A DNA stretch of 64,000 bases. Origin: Lytechinus pictus (lineage: Eukaryota). Below the pieces are notes generated by a model. It was not told the DNA's origin, did no database searches, and saw only the letters and a program-made list of their open reading frames with translations. The DNA lies in contig NC_087251.1 of NCBI RefSeq assembly GCF_037042905.1, positions 248,001 through 312,000 of the forward strand, read 5' to 3'. This document shows, piece by piece, positions 51,989 to 64,000 of the stretch. How positions within the stretch are numbered: position 1 is the stretch's first letter; each line of letters starts with the position of its first letter. The translations under genes were made by a program, and so were the position numbers.

Positions 51989-54900
51989 CAACGTTCTCGC
52001 TACCACGCGTCACGGTTGGCGGGCGCCGACAACCCTGAAAATTTTCAGGGCAAATCCGCCAACCGTGAACTTCCCCGACAACCGTGGCCGACAACTGTAA
52101 AACAGGCCTAGATCCACACAAAAAACTGAATAATATATTTAAAATAAAAACAATCTGCTTTTCAGATCCTAAAATAAACTTGTCGATTATTTCTTCCACG
52201 ATTTCTTCCCGGGATTTCTTTGCTTCGCTACTATGCTGTATACGATACGACTTCGACTCGAGGCCCAATTTAACTCTCTCTCTCTCTTATATGGGAAGTG
52301 CGAAGATGTTTACCTCGCATTTGCGTATCGCATTGCTCTCATTATTTACGTCTTTAAAATGGTAGTAAAATACGCTCAAAAATAAAGTGAGAAGAGAGGG
52401 GTACCGTGGGTTACTGGGTTGGGCAATGTAATTTAGATGTTACGAATTTCAGTTGATATTGTCATTTATTTTGTCAAAAGTAAAGTGTGTCAAAAAATAA
52501 TATGAAAATTCGATCGAAATTTAGTTTCATCTCGTCCCAGGCCCCAGCCTTATTATAGCTACATCTACATGAATTCATTGAATGCATTTCTGATGACACT
52601 GCCGTAGAACGAATTGAGAAAATTATTAAAAGATCACGTTAATAATGACAAAGCCACAGCCACAGGAATGGATTGATATAATGTCCAACTCATTTACTTA
52701 CAGCAAAATGATTATTCACATTTATATTCCAATTTTACTCCATAATTTCCAAAGTCTTGATCTCTACATCGATCTTTTGAAAGTGTTGATTAATTTCGCG
52801 ACGGTGTGTCTACCAAGTTCTGTGTCACTGCACTAGCGCTCGCCATGGCCACATTCATAATACAAATCGCACATGGCACCAAAATCTATCCGAGTCTTCC
52901 AAAATTAGATGGGATCCAAAACCGATTTGAATGTTTTTTTTTCTTCAGATATTCATTGAATCTGTTATAATCTTCATAAGTAATAATCTTTATTAATTTT
53001 ATTCACGCTTTTTATCATATTACGACTCATTTTTTAATGTGAGTTATACGTACAGTGTATTTTCATTTGTATTGTTCTTTATTACTCTTTGCCTGCCAAT
53101 TAAATAATGAACGCACCTGTCACCGTCCTGAGAAATGTTTTTAGTCATTACAGTGAATGCTTCATGAATTTGTTATACAATTGCTTAACAACTCCCGGTA
53201 ACAACTACGATTTAAAATAAAATATTATTTGAAATTAATTTGTGTAAAGGAGAAAGAGAATAATGGGAGGTGGTCGTGGGCAATATAAATGAAAATGATG
53301 GGGTGTTTGTGACTTTGTGGGGGAGGGGATTTGCGAAAAGAAGTCAATGTTCGGAGCGAATTAAATTAATATTCTTTTATGGATGTGTCTACTGTGATTG
53401 TGGCTGCATAATCTTTATGGCGAGTGGAAAATTAACCCTTGGACTTGGTCGGGAGGGGTACGTGATTCAATAGATTTCAATAAAAGTACACATTCAACAA
53501 AGTGGAATTGACAATTCACAGATATTCATTTCAGGGCCGCGGAAACAGGGGGGGGGGGCTGGGTGGGCTTCAGCTCCCCCACTTTTTTTTCCAAAACCGT
53601 GTACAAAAACAGGACCACCTGATTGCGTTTTTTGCATGATGGTCAGCCCCCCCCCCCACTTTCAAGACCTTTCCGCGGCCCCTGCATTTCAAGTACGAAT
53701 TATTGAAGTTGATATGTGTGAACGTTTTAGAGGATATGTATTTCGTTTGCCCACGCCCACATGAGTCGCTAGTATAATTTGAATATCGCTGGATGAATTT
53801 TTCAATTTCACTTATGTCGTTATATATGTTTTATATCGGAATTGTGTTTTATATATAGAGTTATCTTTACAACGTCGTTAGCCTAATTACTGCGAGTGGA
53901 TTATATTTATGAAATGAGTTGGAATGTGAACGAGACGCCCCAAAGCCGATGGCACGTGATCTAATTAGTATTCACTTTCTGGGTTGAGCCAATCATTGTG
54001 CTTGAAAACGGGTTTCCCCGAATTCCCGCCCTTGGAATGACTGTGTACCATGTGCGTGACCTGTTAACCTGTTGTATGAATGCGAATCAGCTGGTTTCGT
54101 GACCTCAAATATTCTTCATGTTGTTTACGCTGGATGGGGGCTATAAAAAGATCTTTCTGACTCTTTTTTTTTTTTCAATTTTAATAATCTGTTCGTGAAT
54201 TTCTGTAACTTGAAAACTGATGCAATTTATTGAATCACGTACCTCGATCTTCCCACTCATGGTGCAAGAAAATATTTTTAAAATTCAAAATCGCCAAAAT
54301 ATACATGTAAAGAAAGATTATTCAGCCGTCATCATCAGTAGTAGTATAGACATGTCTATAAATATGCATTCGCTTCGAATATTGACTTCTTCACCAATCC
54401 CACACACACGTACGATCTCAACATCCCCTTGTCATTGTCCACGCCACGACCCCTCCCCTTTCGCGCTCCCCCTTCGACCATCCTAGCTACAACCCTCCCC
54501 CCCCCCCTCTTCCTCTCTTTCACACACGCTGTATTTGTAGGCCTACATAGTGCATTATTCAAAAATACAAATCTGCTTTCCTGTCAATTAAGCTTTACTT
54601 TTAAAACATTTTAAATCGCAATTAATTATAATAAGAACAAAATCGTAATATTAAAGTATGATGAATGACTAAAAATATTTCTCCCGCTCGTGATGGACAC
54701 GTTCATTATTTTATAGGCGAGTATAGAACAATACAAATGAACATAGCAATAATTGACAGTGATAAACGAATCTTGATTGGATATTATTAGTATTTTACAT
54801 CATCAGCAGAAGTCTTAATTATGAGAGTTATAGTTTCAGTGAGTATCTGAAAACAAAACAAACATGCAAATTATATCGTCTCATGAATACCGATGCCCAT

Positions 54901-55458
54901 TATTTGGAAGCCTCGGAAGTTTTCTTCCGAGGCTTCCAAACAAAGTCGGAACAATCTTTGGATTGAGTAAGGGCGTGGCGCGGCGCGCATGCGGTCCGTA
55001 GATGTAGTCGGTCATTGACACGCATTCACAAAATGAATCGCACTTTCTAAGGACGTAGCGATCTAGACATTGGAAAGTATGGAGTACATTATCGATGTCA
55101 TTGATGTGAATAAATCTATAAACTGTAAGTATAAAATGAGATTGAATTTAAATCTTTTCTTTTGACCTTTTTCATCAGTACTTGCCTTTCTGCTTCAATC
55201 GATCGCAATTCGCGCAACCGTTACGGCTGTGTGGCCGGAGAAGCATTAAATAGACATAAAATGTGGTGCATTTAGCAGCAATCTAAGCTCGTCGATATTG
55301 ATATTTTCGATAGCTACCGCGCTCCGCGAGGGAGGGGGGACACCCCCCTCCCGCAACCCTCCCCCCGTGCGTGCTTCGCACGCACCAAGGCCGCTGCGCG
55401 GCTTGCGTATCATCGCTTCGCGCCGCCAAGCGTCAGAATGAACCTGGCGAGAACGTTG
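51989..55458. mobile_element. 3.47-kb non-autonomous DNA transposon (P-like termini)
   Basis: Perfect 12-bp TIR CAACGTTCTCGC. 8-bp TSD GACTCATT at 51981-51988 and 55459-55466. Confidence 0.85.
53532..53684. mobile_element. Small hAT-like MITE
   Basis: CAGGGCCGCGGAA / TTCCGCGGCCCCTG ends, flanked by CATTT. Confidence 0.65.
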
Positions 55459-56099
55459 GACTCATTACTTCCTTCAATTACAATTACAACTATGAAATTG
55501 AAGAAATGTTAAATTACAATTACATTTCAATTAAATTAAAAATTTTAATTACAATTACCATTTACTTTTCTCAATTACAAATACAATTTCAATTACTTTC
55601 TAGAAAAGTCATAAATGAAACAAATTTTTATTCTGTACATTAGTACCACCTATTTCAACATAATTCTAAGCTACAGAGAAATTGACAAGATGAATGTTTA
55701 GGTTTAAAGAGCACGGATTCTGCCTGTTACTCTCTTTGATGCTGTAAAGTAATTCAATGTAATTAAACGTTAATGACAGTAATTGAGGTCAAGTACATTT
55801 TTTCAATTACAATTACGATTACTTTCCCTCTCAAAACTTCAATTACAATTACTCCAAACAAAATGTAATTAATTACGCAATTGATCAATTACCTTGCAAT
55901 TGAGCCCAACCCTGGTCATAATTTTACACATGACCAAGAATGGCCCTTCACCTTTATGTGGTGAAATGGTTGATGAGAGACATCCATGTACATGTATTAA
56001 AGCGAATGTTAAGTGTGCCTTCCAGCACGCTGGGCAGCCCACAAAGCAAAAATGAACTGTATGAAAAGGCCTAATGGGAGTAGTAAATGCAGCACAACA

Positions 56100-56600
56100 G
56101 GCCATTAGCCCAATTGGAAATTAAGACTATAATGATTAGACAAATGTGATATTTAGACAAGTTTGCAAAGACTTACTTGCTATTTTATTAGACTAAATGG
56201 AAAATAGACAAAGGGATAACAGACAAATGCAATTTTTTTTATAGACTAAATGGAAAATATACAAAGGGATAACAAATTGGAAATTAGACCAACTGTACAT
56301 TACATCAAATAAATATGGACCAAATGAATAATAGACCAAGTGGAGATGAGACGACCTTGTATTAGATCAACTAGTATAGACTAATACTGACAATTAGACA
56401 AAATACATTAGACCAAATGCAATTACACCAAGTGGGAATAAAATACATAAGACAAAAAGCAAATTAGACCAAGTGATGATTAGCCCAAGTAGTCATTAGA
56501 CCAAGTGGCTATTAGACAAAAAGGCATGTAGACCAGATTGGGTTAAGCTCAAATGTTGCTAGCCCATCTGAAGGTTAGACCAAACTGGTTTTAGACAAAA
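56100..56600. repeat. Degenerate ~20-bp tandem repeat (ATTAGACCAA core)
   Basis: TTAGACCAA/TAGACAAA recurs about every 18-22 bp. Confidence 0.7.
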
Positions 56601-56819
56601 AGTCAGTCATAATGTCATCCATAATACTGATTTTCAATGAAATAGAATAAAGGTAAATAATGACTTGGATATTATTACCCTGGCTGCAGGCGAGACAAAA
56701 AAAAGTGTTGATATTATAAATTAAAAATGCTTGTTTAAGGACATCAATGAAATATCAACATGTTCTTTCCAAATGCGAAAAAAATCCCCTGAATTGTTTC
56801 AACTACTGTACCAGAATAC

Positions 56820-58003
56820 AACAAGAGTGTCGCTAAGGCGCCCGCCTGTAAAGCAGAAAATGGAGATATTGTTCAAGCAAGAAAAGTGGAAGGTGGCGAC
56901 TTGACCTTTGACTGTCTGACCTCAATATCAATGGAATTCCTGAGATCTATGCTAATATCATACGAACCAAATTATATGAGCCTAAAGGTTAAGTTAAACT
57001 GAAGTTATCGCGTTTACAAGGACTGCAGCAGGGTAAGGTGGCAACATGTCACTGTGACCTTGACCTTTTGACCTCAAAATCAATAGGCTTCCTGGGATCT
57101 ATGCTAGTATCATACACACCAAATTTATGAGCCTAGGTTAAGTTAAACTGAAGTTATTGCATTTACAAGGACTGCAGCAGGGTAAGGTGGCAACATGTCA
57201 CTGTGACCTTGACCTTTTGACCTCAAAATCAATAGGCTTCCTGGGATCTATGCTAGTATCATACACACCAAATTTATGAGCCTAGGGTTAAGTTAAACTG
57301 AAGTTATTGCGTTTACAAGGACTGCAGAAGGTTACGATGAAAATACGTCACTGTGACCTTGACCTTTTGACCTCAAAATCAATAGGCTTACTGGGATCCA
57401 TGCTAGTATCATACACACCAAATTATATGATCCTAGGTTAAGTTAAACTGAAGTTATCGCATTTACAAGGACTGCAGAAGGGTACGATGAAAACTTGTCA
57501 GTGTGACCTTGACCTTTGGACCTCAAAATCGATAGGCTTTCTGAGATCTATGCTAGTATCATACACACCAAATTATATGAGCCTAGGTTCAGTTCAACTG
57601 AAGTTATCGCGTTTGCAATGGCTGCAGAAGGGTACGATGAAAATACGTCACTGTGACCTTGACCTTTGACCTTTTGACCGCAAAATCAAAAGGCTTCCTG
57701 GGATCCATGCTAGTATCATACACACCTAATTATATGATCCTAGGTTAAGTTAAACTGAAGTTATCGCGTTAACAAGGACTGCAGAAGGGTACGATGAAAA
57801 TACGTCACTGTGACCTTGACCTTTGACCTTTTGACCTCAAAATCAATAGGCTTCCTGGGATTTATGCTAGTATCATACATACCAAATTATAGGAGCATAG
57901 GTTAAGTTAAACTGAAGTTATCGCGTTTACAAGGAAAAGTTAATGGACGGACGGACACCGAGCGTGATACCATAATACGTCCCGTCGAGACGGGCGTATA
58001 ATA
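56820..58003 (+). mobile_element. HINE family A, complete, about 7 core units of 150-157 bp
   Basis: 5' CGCCCG / 3' CGGGCG subTIR, GACG microsatellite, hairpin TACGTCCCGTCGAGACGGGCGTA. Confidence 0.85.
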
Positions 58004-58652
58004 AAATAGCTGTCCAAATTCCCTTTCCCAACTAGAAACGTGTTCATAATGACCATCGGTATGTTCGATACAATTCACACATGGTATCTATGTACATGCA
58101 TGAGTGAAAGAAGTAATGTACAGAAAACATTTTTTCCCCTTACAAGATAGAACAAATTATTAGTGAGATAAACATTCAATCCTCAAATCAATCTTATATC
58201 AATGTCAATATAGCAAAATACAGTAGCTTGAATGAAGATGACAAAAAGATGCAGTGCACAGCATCTTTCCCCTATTTAAAGCAATCTTACACATGACCAT
58301 TACAGAATGTAAGCCAAATAAGTGGATGAGTCACATAGAATTTTAAGAAATTCGAAACACATTCAAATGACTCAACTGAGCTAAGCTTGCATCATCAATT
58401 CTGACTAGCTCTAGTGAACACTTTTGATATGAGAGGAAAAGATAATATTAAATGATGTGCATGCGGAGGGCTATGATGTGTCTCCCTTCATGTTTCAAGC
58501 GTATTCCTGTTTTAGTGGGCTTTCACAGATGTACAGTATCACCATGGACCTGGTATCACCATGCATGGTGTCAAAAGTTTTATCTCTGTCTCTCTCTCCC
58601 TCTCTCTCTCTATCTGCACTCATATGAACCAGGTACCCATTCCATCACACTT

Positions 58653-59548
58653 TGGCAGTGTTTATGCTTCCACTTTTCAGGCCAGAATCATCGTTTCCAT
58701 ACGTGATTAGTCCAATACAAGGTTGCGTCCATGCTTACTTTCATTTAAATGATGTTTCAAAACGCCGATCGTAACTCACAATAAGGTGCATTTGTAAACG
58801 TCGTTTGACCAGAATCAGGCTTTCTGGGGAAGTATAAACAGAACCACGATCATAAACATGTTTAAATGACGTCATTTGATACATGCTTCCGGTGAGATGA
58901 AAATCCGCGGGCAAATGCAGTCGCATTCTTCTTCTTCCAGTCTGGTACAGTCAGCTACTGGGGTATTATGCATTAACATAGCACCATGGTCGCACGTTAC
59001 CTCCATGGAATTACCTCTCATCTCCTTTGTTACATTTGCATGTGTGATAATTGATTTAAGTACTATCACTAGTATTACTCTTCCAATTTGTTATCACGAA
59101 GAATGTTGAGGGATTTACAACAACAACAAACTGGAACATGAGTTATAATGAGACATCGCCAGATGCCCCAGTAGCATAAACAAATAGATGTTTTATCATT
59201 TTATTATGTATACTTTAATATTATCCTCACCATGGTGGAAATCATATGGCTATGTCAAGTGGCTCCATGCAATGACTAAAATATCGGATAGTGTTTGATG
59301 TTTATATACTAGTCGACGTACCTTCCCCATAACACTCGGAAAAAAAAATTTCGAAAAAGGGCGCGCCCAATTTGACCTCGCTTTCCTGCTCAATGAAAAT
59401 TACGATGCAAAGCCAGCTGGAGTTTGTGATTTCGCCTCTGAAAAGTTAAGCATAAACAGCATTCCCAGAACCACGTTTACGATCGGCGTTTTGAAACAAC
59501 GTTTGAAAACGCTGATTCTGTCCTCGCAATGGAAGCATAAACACACCC
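58653..59548. mobile_element. Harbinger-like non-autonomous element
   Basis: GTGTTTATGCTTCCA / TGGAAGCATAAACAC ends, plus inner inverted CAGAATCA and CAAAACGCCGATCG motifs. Confidence 0.6.
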
Positions 59549-61067
59549 TTTGTCATACAGTACAGGACAACACAGTTTCCAATGTAGAATACATTGCCCA
59601 TTTTATGTTTTAAGCCTGAGTCGAATCAATTTTAAAATTGGTGTTCCATCGATGTCATCAAGCGCCGGTGCAGATCTTGCAAAATCAGTACATCAAAAGA
59701 AAAAGAAAAAGACAGTGTGAAGGACTAAATCTACGGCCTTTTCGTTTAGTAAACACCATTGATCATCAAAATGAACAGTAATGTGTAACTTAATTACTTG
59801 AATTATATTCCCCCAGAATGAAACCTATTGTGTAATTATGGTGCCTATTCGCCATTAATTTGAAGTTTATTTTGATCCCAGTTCAAGTATTTACTCGTCT
59901 GTTCATGAGATAATTTACCGGAATGCATGATGAATTCATGAATGGAATTTATCATCATCGATCGCGCATGCGCATTTTGCCTTTAATAATTAAACCAGAT
60001 CGAAATGGATGGAAAGGAAAATCATGACGCGATCAACATAAAATAAACCTTGCTTTGATTGACAAAACTTCTTATTGTATCCCTTACTTAAGATTGTCAC
60101 ATTGGGAGTGTACATAAGAAGAAAGAGAATAGTTTTTACAACGAAAAATGTTTACTGTAAACAAATAGAAGTAATGCCGAAAATTTGTTAACTATTTATA
60201 ATTTCCTCCTATTAAAAAACCTCATTTTTTACTTTCTATTGTCCATGGCGGACGGCATTTGTATATCAATGAGTCAGAAAAAAGAGGAATGAGGGTATTT
60301 GAATTCTAGTTCATCATGGCTTTGCCTTGAACAAGAATAGCCTGGTGGTTAAGTCGCTGCCCAGAAAGCAGTAGATGGCAAGTTCCAATCCCACTGGTTC
60401 CAATTTTTCTGACTTATGATTTTCATTACAGATCAAGCATAGTGATCATAAACAACTAGGAGTAATGCTGAAAATTTCTAACAAATTATAATGACATTTT
60501 CCTTGATATAAATCAATGAAATGCAAGCCAAAACAGACCCACTTGAATCATTCAAGCCCATGAGCATGCATGCACTAGTAGGTAGGGAACCATTGATAAA
60601 CAAAGGACCAATACGTACATGTATGATAAAGAATCAAATGCTAATTAAATTTCAGCACAAAGAATAATACTCCCAGTGGAATAACGAGTCAACGATTTTG
60701 AAGGGCCAGATACGCCATATCGAGCAAAATTTATTTTAACAATTGTGAGTGAGCAAGCGAGCGAAGTGAAGTATTTTGACATAATATTCAGAAAAAAGCA
60801 TCATATTCACCCTCCTCTCTTTCCTCTTCTTTTTTTTCTTGGTTGTGAAATATTTGAGGGAGCAAACGCCCCACCCTCTCATCAGTACTCCACTAGATAC
60901 TCCTTAAATTATTCAGCAAATCAAGACAAAATTTATCTCTAATAACAGTTTCAATATTGAAATTTAAGTTTCATACATGTATGTAATTGTTATAAGATCA
61001 TTGCTTCGCCATTTTTTCGAAAATGAATTACAGCTTCAACTGACACCACAATAACACCTCTTTTTAA

Positions 61068-61662
61068 AGTGAAAGTTCACCCTGAAGAAAAGATTGCTGT
61101 AAAAATACCAGAAAAGATTAAACATATTGGTCAAAATTTGAGGAAAATTCATTCAATGATTCAGAAAGTTTTCAGAATTTTTGTTTTTTTGTGACGTCAT
61201 ATATGAGCATCTGCCCAATATAAAACATAAAACGCAATTATTTCAATTTTTCCTTGGTTCATAACAATTTTCTTTTTCTTTCAGGAGAGGGTGTGAATAA
61301 TTTGTCAATATAATGAAGATAGGAAAAAAAAACACTTCATTTTTTTTTTTTAAATGACATTTCATTGATTTTTACTACATGATATATGGGGATGCTGCTC
61401 ACATACATGTACGACTTCAGAAATCAAACTAGAAATTATGCCCAAGACATCACATGTTTTACTCAACCTGGGTATGGGTGCTCTAAAACCATGCATGATA
61501 TTCCCCTCTGAAAAAAAAATATGAAAAATAGTCAAGGGTAGCAAAGTCACTGCCGAAGTCCAAGGCTCCCTCGTTGGGGTTACAAGCTCTTGCATACATG
61601 TAGTTAAGAATTAAAAAGTGATTTTTCAAGGTGAGTGTGCATGATAGTTTTATCATTTCACT
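61068..61662. mobile_element. Old Kolobok-like MITE
   Basis: TTAA-AGTGAAA..TTTCACT-TTAA ends; arms resemble the 22714 family. Confidence 0.5.
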
Positions 61663-62200
61663 TTAAAAAAGCAGTAAAAAACAGCATGAGAATGATCTTG
61701 GGCAAAGGATTTCAAATTTAAAAAAAAATTAAAATTGTAACAAAGCAATTTTAAAACAGGGAATGAAAAATGGATAAAGACCTCATTCATTTTATTGCGA
61801 ACTGGTTATTCAGGGAACAGTGTTATGGGTAATCTAAACTGTTAGCTCATTTAAAAAGATTTTAGTGGCGAAAATTTAGGAGGCGATAGTTATGATGGGT
61901 CGAATATTTTAGAAGCAACGTGATGGTTTACTTGATTGACAAGGGTTATAAATTCAATAAAATCACCTTATGTACCTTATACCTTATCATATCATTGTAT
62001 TCATGAAATTTTGCTTTGATATTCATAAAACTCTTCAGAAAAGGCATTATTGAAATCTGTGTCAGCAATGTTCTAACTTTGAAGAAGAGACACAAACAAG
62101 AAAAACATGTCTTTATGACTGTAATGTATGTCTATCTTCGCCTGTTTTTTTGGGGGGGAGGGTATTTTCATTATATCTTTCGAACTGAACAGATCAAATA

Positions 62201-62825
62201 AACAAGAGTGTCACGTGGGTGAGCACATAATACAACCGCCTGTATAATGCGGAAAATTGAGTTATTGGTCAAGCAAGAAAAGTGGAAGGTGGCAACTTGA
62301 ACTTTGACCTTTTGATCTCAAAATCAATAGAATTCCTGGAGTCCATGCTAGTATCGTACTACACTAAATTATATGAGCCTAGGTTAAGTTAAACTGAAGT
62401 TATCGCGTTTACACGGACTTCAGAAGGGTAAGATGAAAACATGTCACTGTGACCTTTAATAACCTTTGACTTTTTTACCTCAAAATCAAAACACTTTCTC
62501 GGATCTGTGCTAGTATCATACACACCAAATTATATGAGCCTAGGTTATCGTGCTTACAAGGACTTCAAAGGGTAAGATGAAAGCATGTCACTGTGACCTT
62601 GACCTTTGAACTTTTAACCTAAAAATCAATAGGTCTCCTGGAATTCATGCTACTATCATACACACCAAATTATATGAGCCTAGGCTAAGGTAAACTAAAG
62701 TTATCACATTTGCAAAGAAAAGTTAATGGATGGACAGACAGACGGATGGATGGATGGACGGACAGACAGACGGACGAACACTGAGCGTGATACCATAATA
62801 CATTCCGTAGGATGGGCATATAAAA
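62201..62825 (+). mobile_element. HINE family A, diverged copy
   Basis: Same head, core units, GGAC/GGAT microsatellite and terminal hairpin as 56820-58003. Confidence 0.8.
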
Positions 62826-64000
62826 AAATAGATATTTTTCTTTTCTTTCATATACATCAAATATCTGGCATCTTTCACTGTAACACGCTGAATAATTTCA
62901 GAGGCTGTATATAAATGACCTGAAAATAGTGTTGTTAAGGGAATATGATTTGATTTAATATGCTCATGATGGTTGATATAGGAGAATAATCATGTTAAAA
63001 AAGTGACAATGACCTTGACCTTTTAGAGAAAAGTGATGTGCCATTACATATGGGACACAAAATAAAAAACAAAATATTTAGACATTTTTTCAAGTTGAAA
63101 TTATCTGAAAGTATAATCATTGACAACTTGTAATGCAGTGCACATGGTAAAAATCAGAACACTCCAGTATATCAAAGGCAAAATAAAGGCAAAAACCTCT
63201 CATTACAGACTCTAATTAAACAAACTGACATGTTACGTATGGGACATTTCGTCCCCATCGAGAACGTACACAATTTTCCCCACAATTAAAAAAAAAAAAA
63301 TTCGAATATAGAAATAACAAGAATTTTTTTGTTCTTTTAAAATATTCTATTGAGACACATTTGATATGACTGAAAAGGAAATTAGCCATTTCAACAGTTT
63401 TCTCATTTGTAATGATTTTATGTATCATATTTTCCATTTTTACTATTTTTTGCTTCAATTATTTTCAATATCTATAACAAAGCAATATTTAGAAATTCAA
63501 GAAAAGGTGAATAAATCACTTTTTTGGAGCACTCCCAATTGACATTGTGTACAAATGTCCCATACATAACATGTCCCATATGTAACTTTAAAAAAAATAA
63601 ACCTTCTAATAAAAGGTAAGATATATTTTTGAAACTTTTGTGGTACTATGTAACATTTTCATACTAACTTCCTAGAGATGCTACAATGCAAGTATTGTAT
63701 TCTGAGAAATAACTAAATCCTTTGACAAGACCTAAACCACTTTTTTATCAAAAGAAAAGTAATAAGATGTGGGGGTCCATGTCCCACCTTGATTAAATCT
63801 CACATGTGGTATGAGTTTTTTTAATTGCCCCATATGTAACACCCATTTTGCCAATTACGCAGACCTTAGGTGCTCCAAATTAACATGATTTTGCATAATG
63901 AAGTTTTGAAATTTGGGCTTTCTTGTGCCAACAAATATATTTTATTAAAATATACCGGTAGATGAAATTTTGTCTTTTAGGATGACATTTTTTTAACTTG

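Larger units (their letters stand above)
51973..55914. mobile_element. hAT MITE (AATTAC-repeat type) split by a 3.5-kb insertion
   Basis: CAGGGTTGG..CCAACCCTG ends. 8-bp TSD GTCATAAT at 51965-51972 and 55915-55922. Confidence 0.85.

Noticed and set aside
58741..59109. Transposase remnant in the Harbinger-like element
   Set aside because: No recognisable DDE or Myb/SANT motifs in the short ORFs.
60335..60400. tRNA gene
   Set aside because: Only degraded A/B-box-like motifs; most likely an old SINE head.

Overview
This is AT-rich, repeat-dense animal genomic DNA. The repeat families and sequence style suggest a sea urchin or other echinoderm (inference only). Most of the window is intronic. 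It contains one minus-strand spliced gene with seven recoverable exons (50491-50581, 26783-26920, 22335-22544, 21833-22033, 20457-20612, 16699-16839, 6858-6914), joined by GT-AG phase-0 introns. These give about 310 aa: a CCDC9-like N-terminal coiled-coil motif, a Ser/Pro/Gln linker and one GLGF PDZ domain. The gene continues beyond what could be traced. The introns hold two decayed LINEs, tRNA-derived SINEs, at least four families of Helentron-type non-autonomous elements (HINEs, most with ~150-160 bp core repeats), and many non-autonomous DNA transposons with readable TIRs and TSDs, often nested two or three deep. There is also a degenerate duplicate of a PDZ exon, a 358-bp tandem duplication, a 44-bp minisatellite, a long (CCT)n tract and a CTAG/AGATCT-palindrome-rich, CpG-retaining zone at about 30-34 kb. 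No prokaryotic system, CRISPR array or intact transposase was found. All superfamily and homology calls come from reading by eye and recall, not from searches.
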